Below, piece after piece: positions 9,949 to 18,020 of a stretch of 64,000 bases of DNA. The DNA comes from an uncultured Candidatus Saccharibacteria bacterium (lineage in GTDB: Bacteria; Patescibacteriota; Doudnabacteria; UBA920): NCBI GenBank assembly GCA_964631145.1, contig CAZVXT010000002.1, forward strand, positions 65,140-129,139. The letters are read 5' to 3'. The notes under the pieces are model-generated. The model saw only the letters and a program-made list of their open reading frames with translations, was not told the origin of the DNA and did no database searches. A program made the position numbers and the translations under genes. Numbering within the stretch: the stretch's first letter is position 1; every line of letters begins with the position of its first letter.

Positions 9949-11361
9949 TTATAATCCTTGGCTTTTAATGTATTTTTTGGTATCAAATTTTTTATCGCAG
10001 CCACTTTTTGCCATATATCTAATTGTGCCAAAGATTGGTCTGGTAAACCAAGCTCTGTCATGAACTCCGCCTATACTCCAAGCTATTCCTGTATAGCCAT
10101 TGGGGTCCCTACCATCTAGTTCATATTTATCATTCAGGTAAATTGCAATTTCAATAGCTTCTTCTGGTGATTTGGTCCATTGCAGAATTTTTTTTGCCCA
10201 ATACATTCTCATATAACCATGCATTTTACCAGTATTGATCATTTCTAGTTGTGCTGCGTTCCAGAGCTCATCATGAGTTTTTGCAAATTCAAACTCTTGT
10301 TTGGTATAAATATATTCTCTCACATCTTCGCGGTGCTCATTTAAAGTTTTCTGTGCCCATTGAGGAAAGCCATTGAAATTGTCATAGTTGGAATTATAAA
10401 AACAGAAATTATCAGATAGTTCTTTTCTAACAACTAACTCTTCAATAAAAGCAGCAACATGGTCTTCGGCATTTAAACTTTTGTTTGTATCAACCTTTGC
10501 TTTGTTTTTATTAGATTCCAAAATCTGATCCAAAGATAATTTTGTAGATTTTAATACTTCTAACACTATTTGCTGAGCTGATATAAGTCCGTAATGTAGG
10601 TAAGGGGAGAGGTTTGACTGCGCTTCTGCTAGAGGGTTATTTCTATCCAATGCATAGCGATTTAAAATACTATCAATAAATTTTTTTAATTGCGTTTGAC
10701 CGGCTTTTGTTCCTGGTTGATAGGTTGTTGTATCTTCTTTATCATCCAATAGTCCATTTATATAATCCCAATCGGTTTTTGTTGTAATGGTTGCTTTTTT
10801 ATCTTGTTTTATTAGTTTTGGAAATTGATCAAGATAATCTGGCAGTAGGCGATAAATTTTTGGACGAATTGTGTAGGCTGCAAACTCTTGCTTATTTGAA
10901 GTCTCCCATACAGGCACAATATTGTGGGAATCAACTTCGAACATAGGTATTGAAACATTTTCGGCGATAGATTGTTTCCATGCTCTTTGAATTTTTAAAG
11001 GAGAAAAATCTGTCACTATGGCGCCGATTTTGTTTTCTTTTATAAAATCTTCTATTAGCTTAGGGGTTTTGTTGCCTGTGCTATCTAATAAAATATCAAA
11101 ATTTATATTTAACTCATCAAGATCTTGGTCTAATTCTAAGAGACTTTTGACTTTGAAATTTACGTGGCGTTTGCTCCCACCTAAAAAATTAGGGACTAAA
11201 TTATATACCACAACTAACCTCTGGTTATTTTTTTTGGCTAGATCTTCAGCAAAAATCATTGCCCAATTATATTTGGCTCTCATGTCTCGGTCCATCCAAT
11301 ACAAAATCAGCCCATTTTGGTAATTATGGTTATTTAGCTTCCTTGACCTTGAGCTAATCAT
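9949..11361 (-). CDS. phrB: class II CPD deoxyribodipyrimidine photolyase
   Basis: YWMDRDMR, SNLSPYLHYG, MHGYMRMYWAKKIL, YELDGRDPNGY motifs. Confidence 0.93.
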   Translation of the reverse strand: MISSRSRKLNNHNYQNGLILYWMDRDMRAKYNWAMIFAEDLAKKNNQRLVVVYNLVPNFLGGSKRHVNFKVKSLLELDQDLDELNINFDILLDSTGNKTPKLIEDFIKENKIGAIVTDFSPLKIQRAWKQSIAENVSIPMFEVDSHNIVPVWETSNKQEFAAYTIRPKIYRLLPDYLDQFPKLIKQDKKATITTKTDWDYINGLLDDKEDTTTYQPGTKAGQTQLKKFIDSILNRYALDRNNPLAEAQSNLSPYLHYGLISAQQIVLEVLKSTKLSLDQILESNKNKAKVDTNKSLNAEDHVAAFIEELVVRKELSDNFCFYNSNYDNFNGFPQWAQKTLNEHREDVREYIYTKQEFEFAKTHDELWNAAQLEMINTGKMHGYMRMYWAKKILQWTKSPEEAIEIAIYLNDKYELDGRDPNGYTGIAWSIGGVHDRAWFTRPIFGTIRYMAKSGCDKKFDTKKYIKSQGL

Positions 11362-11861
11362 TTTGCCAAAATATCCTGCAATATTTGCTTGCGACCGTTA
11401 ACAATAAATTTATATGTTTGGTTGTCTTTGGTTGTAACTTTTACCCCATTTGGAATAACGAAAAAAGTATTGTACAACTCAGCACTTTCAATATTAGATT
11501 TTGGTATTTTGATTGGTTGTTTTGATCCAAAGTTGACACTGTGAGGTAGGAAGTTAATCTCTTCTTTGCTTACTACTATTATCCCACCAATAGAATTGAT
11601 TCCTTGTACTAAATTGGCTCCAGCAGTGTTTGTTACTTCTTGTTTGGATTTTAAGTTATCGATCGCTGTTTGGTTTTCGGCTTGAGATACTGAAAGCATT
11701 GTGTACATTAAGACAGTCCCAGTAGCAACTATTAGCAATGTCCTTAAAATTATGATGGAGTAGCCCTGTCCACCAGTATAATGCTTGGCTATTAATTGTA
11801 TAATTAATGCGATAATAGCAAACGCTAATGCAAAATAGATACTCGAGTTAAATTTATTCAT
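11358..11861 (-). CDS. membrane protein with GRAM/PH-like domain
   Basis: Two TM helices followed by GANL..GINSIGG.I..S...I.F.PH pattern. Confidence 0.6.
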   Translation of the reverse strand: MNKFNSSIYFALAFAIIALIIQLIAKHYTGGQGYSIIILRTLLIVATGTVLMYTMLSVSQAENQTAIDNLKSKQEVTNTAGANLVQGINSIGGIIVVSKEEINFLPHSVNFGSKQPIKIPKSNIESAELYNTFFVIPNGVKVTTKDNQTYKFIVNGRKQILQDILAK

Positions 11862-11912
11862 AGCTATATTATACTATATTTGTGTTATAATATTAATAAT
11901 TAAACAAACATA

Positions 11913-12275
11913 ATGGATTCAGAAAATATGTCTATGCCGAGTACTTCGGCAAATACTTCTGGGCAAGGTCCTGCAAGCATCGTTCCAAAAGAAATCAAGG
12001 GTCTAAATTGGGGAGCTTTTGGGCTCAATTGGGTTTGGGGAATTTTTAATTCCACTTATCTAGCCTTTTTGGTCTTGATACCTTTTATTAACATCATTAT
12101 GATTTTTGTCTTGTTGTTGAAAGGGAATGAATGGGCATGGCGCAATAAGCATTGGGATAGTGTAGAGCAGTTCAAAGCTGTTCAAAAGAAATGGACTATT
12201 GCGTGGTTAGCCATATCAGGACTAGGTATATTATTTGTTATTCTTTCTGCTTTATTAGGCGGAGCTAATAATTAA
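11913..12275 (+). CDS. NWGAF-motif membrane protein
   Basis: LNWGAF..NWVWGIFN, KGNEWAW, WDSVEQFKAVQKKW. Confidence 0.75.
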   Translation: MDSENMSMPSTSANTSGQGPASIVPKEIKGLNWGAFGLNWVWGIFNSTYLAFLVLIPFINIIMIFVLLLKGNEWAWRNKHWDSVEQFKAVQKKWTIAWLAISGLGILFVILSALLGGANN

Positions 12276-12327
12276 TTATATTAAAAACCAGAGTAATAAC
12301 TCTGGTTTTTTTTGTTATCTTTATATA

Positions 12328-12971
12328 TTATTGTGCGGGTTGATTGTCACAGCTTTTATCAAACGAATTTACTTTCCATGCCTCATTTATTTTAACTAAC
12401 TGGATACAAGTGGTCATTGTTGTTCCTTCAAAAATTATCCTACCTTTTAATGTTGAGGTGTTATTATCTGCTTCATAACTATTAAAATAGATTTCTTTGA
12501 ACTGTCCTCTATTAGTAGATTCATAATTTATATAGGATTTGTTTTCTTGATAATTAGGTGATATAAAGGCGCTTGTGTCTTGGTTAGTAAATAAATTTTG
12601 CGAAAAACTTTTTGCAGTGTCCGAGCCAAATCCATTGGATCCGCTAAAAGTAAAAATTAAAATTGCAGACCAGATTAAAATTTGCAAAATAATTATACCT
12701 CCAAATATTGCTAAAAAGATCCAGCCAATTTTTGCTAACTTGTTTTGGTGATACTGAAAACTTTCAAAATCAAGAGATGAAACTTCCCAAGCCATTTTCC
12801 TGCCTTTAAAGATTAGTTTAAGGTATAAATAAATGTTATATATAGGAACTAGAAATAACCAAAATTCTGTGTATAAGCCTGAAGCTAATGCATAAGCAGC
12901 TCCTAAATTGCCCCAGGAGTTGGTTTGTTAATATAAATTTCTTGTTCAGGTGTTAATGGTGCTTTTTCCAT
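12328..12971 (-). pseudogene. frameshifted NWGAF-family membrane protein with C-terminal extracellular domain
   Basis: ATG 12971 frame (MEKAPLTPEQEIYINK..GAI*) joins the 12328-12795 ORF frame (LGAAYALA..LVPIYNIY..KGRKMAWE) if one base is added near 12905. Confidence 0.6.
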
Positions 12972-13040
12972 TGATCATTATTAATATTAATTACTTTTAT
13001 TATATCATTAAAAAAATTGGCCGGAGCCAATTTATTGTTG

Positions 13041-13631
13041 TTATAAATCAGTTTTTAATCCTATTTCTAACTGCTTGTAAATTTTATATAGATTCGGGTT
13101 TTGTGATTCACTCAATGTAATTTTGCCATATTCCATTACGCCGGCACCGCATTCATTTTTAAATATTTTCCTGAGCTTTATAATGTCTCGGAAAATAAGC
13201 CCATTATTTTTATGACATTTAATTAGAATATCCCGTGCATTTGAAATTGCTGCGCAGCAAGATCCTAATTCTGACTGCTCTATGCAATTAACTATACCTC
13301 TATCTCCAATTGCCAATTTCCATTGATGCTCTGCAATATTTACTGGTATAAATTTAGCCATTCTTTCGGCATGTTTTTTATTTTTATAAACCTCATGTGT
13401 GCTAAATATACAACTGGGATAATTATTGCAATTAAATCGGTTAAGTCGATAACCTTGTAAAATGGAAATGCACTCATCTGAATTTTGAATTACTTCAATT
13501 TGATAAGAAATAATTTGTGCTTTTTTTACAACAGACAAACTTCTAATTTGTTCAATTATCCAAACTTCTTCTAATAGTTTAAATTTGGGTAATTCGTGGT
13601 TTTCAAATTGCGGGATGATAAAATTTATCAT
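13041..13631 (-). CDS. hypothetical protein
   Basis: 196-aa ORF with AGGAGG RBS. Confidence 0.6.
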   Translation of the reverse strand: MINFIIPQFENHELPKFKLLEEVWIIEQIRSLSVVKKAQIISYQIEVIQNSDECISILQGYRLNRFNCNNYPSCIFSTHEVYKNKKHAERMAKFIPVNIAEHQWKLAIGDRGIVNCIEQSELGSCCAAISNARDILIKCHKNNGLIFRDIIKLRKIFKNECGAGVMEYGKITLSESQNPNLYKIYKQLEIGLKTDL

Positions 13632-13688
13632 ATAAATCCTCCTAAGTAGTTTTCCAATATTTTAGTGCAAAATTTACTATGTGTCAAC

Positions 13689-13726
13689 GATTAAAAATAC
13701 TAAGCCATCGCTTAGTATTTTTAATC
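13689..13726. terminator. perfect inverted repeat, probable terminator downstream of the tRNA/att site
   Basis: GATTAAAAATACTAAGC-catc-GCTTAGTATTTTTAATC, 17-bp stem. Confidence 0.6.
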
Positions 13727-13787
13727 TATGATTATTTATATTTTTTTTGCAAGTAGTCATTTGTGATACTAATATCACAAATAGCCA

Positions 13788-13809
13788 CTGGCGGAGAGGG
13801 AGGGATTCG
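13788..13809 (-). repeat. att site: duplicated 3' end of tRNA-Ser
   Basis: Identical to 18806-18827 (tRNA acceptor stem/T arm incl. CCA), then diverges. Confidence 0.9.
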
Positions 13810-14140
13810 GTTACCTCACGCTAGTCTCCTCAACACATTCGTTTTGCTCATAGTGTTTCGTCGACATAACGCTGCGGCAACCACCGACGATTTCAACTTG
13901 CCACTGGCAACTTGAAATCTATTTTCTCATCCCCCAAAACCATAAACTTTTATACCACTTCGTGATATAAAAGTTTATGGCGGTGTATGTGGGTATGGTA
14001 CCCATGGTTACAAGTGTTATAAGGGTATTCTAGCATATTTCTCTTTTTGTTTTTAGGGTTTGTGGGTCGGGGTCTATGTTTTGTAAATGCGACAAATGAG
14101 ACACGAAAAGGGCTTATTTGGCTTTGTCTCAATTACAGAA

Positions 14141-15175
14141 TTATTCAGGCTGGCTTATGCTTTCGCTCAAATCATAAGCATCCCCGTGAGACAATAAACC
14201 CTTATATGATGCGACCAATCTGTCTGTGCGATTTTCAGCAAGTTTCTTAAACATCCTCCTTTTTGTGGAAGTTCTTGGCACCCGATGATGCGGAAAATGC
14301 ACCCAGCCGAGAAAATCGACGCCGGAAGCGAGTGTTTTTATAAACACTTTATCCGGATGGAGCGAGAGCTTTAACTCCGTTTCCAAAAACAGCGATATCT
14401 CAGGTAGTATTTTTTCGAGATACTTTCTATCTTCGTGCAGAATTACGAAATCATTGGCATACCTGATACAGTATTCGGCTTTCAGGTTACGCTTCATATA
14501 GTGATCAAATTCATTCATGTATACATTCACTAAAAGTTGAGACGTGAGATTGCCCAGCGTAAGACCTACGCCGGGTCGGCCGTCAGTATGGAAACTACTG
14601 ATTACATCCCACAAGAGATTTACTGTATTGCCATCCGGCATTCTCCGTCTCAAAATATTAACTAAAACTGTATGATCGATATTGGCGAAGAATTTTCGGA
14701 TATCGCATTTTAAAACCCATATGGTGCGCGTATGATTCTTCGAAACTTTCCGTGCATAGTCGCGGAACCTATCAAGCGCCCGGTGTGTGTCTTTCCCGCG
14801 ACGGCAGGAATAGGAGTCGAAAATAAATTTCTGATCGAAATACGGATACAAGACTCTGTAAATAGCGTGATGAAGGAGGTGACCTCGCACGGTTGCTTTA
14901 TGTATATTGCGCGGCTTCGGATCATTGATGCGGAACGCTGTGTATCCGCCGTGGCGGTAAGTTTTCTCGGCAAGGTCGCTACTAAGGGGAATAATATTAT
15001 CGGTAAACCTAACGGAGAATTTTTTGACGTCTTTGCGGCCGCGCTTGCCTTTGAGGAATTCGCGCCATGCTACAAGCAGGTTTTCCACAGAAATGATATT
15101 ATTATAGGTATGAAAAAATCCGGCATTTCCTCTCTCTCTCTCTCTCGGTGGCGCCTCGATTCTCCAGAGAATCAA
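14141..15175 (-). CDS. DGR reverse transcriptase, probably inactivated; natural start likely ATG 15212 across the GA repeat
   Basis: KPRNIHKAT, DSYSCR, LKCDIRKFF, GLTLGNLTSQ (DGR-type SQ), RYANDFV, GVDFLGW; no maturase/endonuclease tail; adjacent TR/VR pair. Confidence 0.92.
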   Translation of the reverse strand: MILWRIEAPPRERERGNAGFFHTYNNIISVENLLVAWREFLKGKRGRKDVKKFSVRFTDNIIPLSSDLAEKTYRHGGYTAFRINDPKPRNIHKATVRGHLLHHAIYRVLYPYFDQKFIFDSYSCRRGKDTHRALDRFRDYARKVSKNHTRTIWVLKCDIRKFFANIDHTVLVNILRRRMPDGNTVNLLWDVISSFHTDGRPGVGLTLGNLTSQLLVNVYMNEFDHYMKRNLKAEYCIRYANDFVILHEDRKYLEKILPEISLFLETELKLSLHPDKVFIKTLASGVDFLGWVHFPHHRVPRTSTKRRMFKKLAENRTDRLVASYKGLLSHGDAYDLSESISQPE

Positions 15176-15509
15176 AGAGGGATATTTGCTGTGGGTAAGT
15201 ATTGTTCCTCATATTTCCAAAGGCACTCGTTATACGATCGTTTCTAGGATATAAAATAAATTCCTAGACCTTCTTGAGCTTACCCATATCGCTTATTTTA
15301 CCGAAAAAGAAAAGAAAGCGGAAAAAATTTCCGAATGCATTTTAACGCTGGATACGCTCAAATTCTTAGTTGCAGTTGCGTGGGAAGGCAAGCTTGTCAC
15401 TAATAAGCAATGCGAAGAGGTGGCTAGAAAGCTTGAAGAAACCGGCAAGATGTTCCACGGCTGGAAGAAAAATCTGGAAAATCCTGAAAAGAAAAACCGC
15501 GACCTCTAA
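15110..15509 (+). pseudogene. avd: DGR accessory protein Avd-like four-helix bundle (not in ORF track)
   Basis: Frame reads ..ILQRIKEGYLLW..RYTIVSRI*NKFLDLLE..LDTLKFLVAVAWEGKLV..LEETGKMFHGWKK..RDL*; EIGKMLGGW-like motif; in-frame TAA 15252-15254; ATG 15110 out of frame across (TC)8. Confidence 0.8.
15131..15146. repeat. (TC)8/(GA)8 microsatellite in the RT/avd overlap
   Basis: TCTCTCTCTCTCTCTC read directly. Confidence 0.95.
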
Positions 15510-15517
15510 GATCGCGG
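15487..15517 (-). terminator. hairpin plus U-tract just downstream of TR
   Basis: Minus strand CCGCGATCT-tag-AGGTCGCGG-TTTTTCTTTT. Confidence 0.55.
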
Positions 15518-15529
15518 AAAAGAAGACAG

Positions 15530-15660
15530 TTTCGAAGGCAGAACACGAACTTGTTGTCCGGATTCCACTCGTTGCCGGGATTCGCCCAATCGTTGTTCAG
15601 CCACAAACCGTCATCGTTGCGTTCGAGGTTGAAAACGTTCGGGTTGCCGTCGGAATCGGT
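15530..15660 (-). repeat. DGR template repeat (TR)
   Basis: Reverse complement aligns to 17639-17766; holds 10 AAY codons in the target frame; mismatches fall at TR adenines. Confidence 0.95.
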
Positions 15661-15946
15661 TTGTGCGATGCACCGTCAATACCACTGCCCGCCTGGTGCG
15701 CAGAGCGCAAAAGACTGGGCTGAATTTTATGCGTGATCAAGAATCAGCAAATGCACCACACCAAGTATTTTCTTTTTTTAGACTTTGATATAAATCCTCT
15801 CTGCCAAGCCGTAACCGGGCAGACTCTCAACTCATACAAGCCAGAAAGGTCTTGAAAAGCCGTAGCCGTTCAATACAACCTATCTTTCCGTATTATACCG
15901 CTTGATCTGTATTTTGTACCGCTTTTTTGCTAAAATGAAATTGCAT

Positions 15947-17779
15947 ATGGAAAAACACCCGCTTCATCTTAAAAACCCAGAATTGCAGACTTCTCCTGAA
16001 GTCCAGCGTGCTGTCGTGCGCGACGAGCGGGAAAGCGGAGAGAAAGTTCCGAATAATCCATCGGAGCGCATCGAGGCTTACATGGATCGCCTTAAGAATA
16101 TCTTCCTTAATCCAGATCAACGCGTCCGAGAACGCAATCTCGAAATGTTCCGCGACAAGATCTATGACGCGCTTATCATAAAGAAAGAGAATTTCCCTGA
16201 TTCATACTTTGAGCTTCAAAAGCGCATCGCCCGGGAACGAGGCCAGCACATAGAAGAAATTCCCGCAGACGTCCGCGAACAGATAATGGATACCGCGATC
16301 GAAGATCAACGACATTCGCTTGATGCGTGGATGGAGTATCTTACTTCGCCCGATGCTGTTTATCCTGCTTGGTTCAAATACTACGCATGGAATCAGATCA
16401 TCAAACTCTCGCAATTCGACAAGGAACGCGGCGAGTTCAAGACGCGCACAGATTCTACCGTGGCGCCCTTCCCAGATATTTATCGCGAGCCGTTAGCTCA
16501 GATTGCCGATCTTTACGAACGAGTCAAAGACGATAACAAAGATTCCGAGGCCCGCCGAGAATTCGACAAGAAGTTTCCTGCGCTCTATGCCGATCTTATC
16601 TCAAAGTCTCTGGCGGCTTCCATGGAAAACCGCGAGGAAGTGCGCGGAGCGTGGATGAAATACGAACAGGGCGACGGCGAAGCGGCTCAAAAACTATTCC
16701 AGTCTCTTGAAGGAAAAGGAACTGGCTGGTGCACGGCGGGAAAATCGACCGCTGAAACGCAGATAGAATCCGGCGACTTTTATGTCTACTACACCAACGA
16801 TTCAAGCGGTACTCCAACACAGCCGCGCCTCGCTATCCGAATGAACGGACAAAACCAGATCGGAGAGGTGCGAGGCATCCTGCCTTCCCAAGGCGTTGAG
16901 CCGATGATGCAGGAAGTATTGGACGAAAAGCTCGGCGAATTCGGCACCGAAGCTGATGCCTACCGCAAGAAAAGCGAAGATATGCGCATCCTCACGGCTC
17001 TTGAGCGCAAGCATGAAAAAGAGGAGTCATTTACCAAAGAGGATCTTGCGTTTTTGTATGAAATCAATTCTTCAATCGAAGGATTCGGGTACGAGAAAGA
17101 TCCTCGCGTCGCAGAACTTCGACGCGGACGTAATACTGAGGAAGATATACTGGTCATTTTTGAATGCACAAAGGATCAGATCGCTCACATCCCAAGTCAG
17201 ATAACCAAAGACACAAAGGCATATGTCGGCCAGCTTGAGCCAGGCATTTTCCAGAAGCTTCCAGCCACATTGGAACATGTATATACTTCCTTCCCCGACA
17301 AGAAGATATGTAGAGAAAGCGTCGAGGTCGGAGGAAAATCCGCAGAGCAGCTTATCTCCGAAATGGAAGCAGCAGGAATTAATATCAACAGTTATGCTAA
17401 AAGCATGCTGCAAAACTCTGCCGAGTTCATTCCTAGCCCTTATGCCGAAGACATGACGCTCATCCGTCTTACTGTGGAAGATCTTGGTTTCAAAACCAGC
17501 GCAACCACTACACAGGTATTCGAACGAGCCGAAGAACTCGGCCTCGAGTTATGTCCGCCTGATACCGGACCCAGCTACCGCCTTAAATACAAAGACCATC
17601 CTCTTAACGAATGGTTCCGGATCGGGATGAAGCCAATCACCGTTTCCGGCCGCCCGGACGTTTTCTACCTCGGACGCTACGATGACGGTTTGTGGCTGAG
17701 CGGCGGTTGGGCGAATCCCGGCGACGAGTGGCCTCCGGACTACAAGTTCGTGTTCCGCCTTCGCAAGTCTGAAGCTTAG
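15947..17779 (+). CDS. DGR target (variable) protein with C-terminal VR, probable C-type-lectin-like fold
   Basis: Intact 610-aa ORF from ATG 15947, preceded by extended -10 TGCTAAAAT; last ~45 codons are the VR. Confidence 0.9.
   Translation: MEKHPLHLKNPELQTSPEVQRAVVRDERESGEKVPNNPSERIEAYMDRLKNIFLNPDQRVRERNLEMFRDKIYDALIIKKENFPDSYFELQKRIARERGQHIEEIPADVREQIMDTAIEDQRHSLDAWMEYLTSPDAVYPAWFKYYAWNQIIKLSQFDKERGEFKTRTDSTVAPFPDIYREPLAQIADLYERVKDDNKDSEARREFDKKFPALYADLISKSLAASMENREEVRGAWMKYEQGDGEAAQKLFQSLEGKGTGWCTAGKSTAETQIESGDFYVYYTNDSSGTPTQPRLAIRMNGQNQIGEVRGILPSQGVEPMMQEVLDEKLGEFGTEADAYRKKSEDMRILTALERKHEKEESFTKEDLAFLYEINSSIEGFGYEKDPRVAELRRGRNTEEDILVIFECTKDQIAHIPSQITKDTKAYVGQLEPGIFQKLPATLEHVYTSFPDKKICRESVEVGGKSAEQLISEMEAAGININSYAKSMLQNSAEFIPSPYAEDMTLIRLTVEDLGFKTSATTTQVFERAEELGLELCPPDTGPSYRLKYKDHPLNEWFRIGMKPITVSGRPDVFYLGRYDDGLWLSGGWANPGDEWPPDYKFVFRLRKSEA
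17639..17766 (+). repeat. DGR variable repeat (VR) including IMH
   Basis: 16 substitutions at TR adenines, 1 non-A substitution near the 3' end, and one 3-nt deletion relative to TR. Confidence 0.95.
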
Positions 17780-17843
17780 AAGCTTGGTTTCTTTATAACT
17801 TTTTGATTCTTTGGATCTTGGATACTTTGACCCTTTGGCATTT

Positions 17844-17858
17844 ACTCGCGGAGCGAGT
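17844..17858 (+). promoter_or_regulatory. DGR target-recognition hairpin candidate (GGA triloop)
   Basis: ACTCGC-GGA-GCGAGT, 65 nt after the target stop codon. Confidence 0.65.
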
Positions 17859-18020
17859 CCGCGCAATTTTTTATCATGAACAAGAAAGCCAAAAAACCGA
17901 AATTTCAATATCCATTTACGGATAAAGAGCATGAGGAATCATGCAAGTTTTTGACTGTTCGTTTAATGAATACTGTATCTGACAAAGGATCAAAGGTTGA
18001 GCTAACTGAAACTATATACA

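Noticed and set aside
14141-15175. RT as group II intron, retron or CRISPR-associated RT
   Set aside because: Short, no maturase/endonuclease domain, GNLTSQ motif, and an adjacent adenine-specific TR/VR pair indicate a DGR
14732-15247. 171-aa plus-strand ORF over the RT
   Set aside because: Antisense shadow; only its internal ATG 15110 matters, as the likely avd start
15252-15254. Stop-codon recoding to explain the avd internal stop
   Set aside because: The stop is TAA, and conserved genes here end normally at TAA, TAG and TGA (e.g. mreC, holB at TGA), consistent with code 11
15424-15606. 60-aa ORF resembling the target C-terminus
   Set aside because: It is the template repeat read in the VR frame; TR acts as RNA
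15370-15723. 117-aa ORF similar to the 127-aa ORF at 17549-17932 (KAEHELVVR..QPQTVIVA..EVENVR)
   Set aside because: Both are antisense shadows of TR and VR; the similarity comes from the DNA repeat, not a protein family
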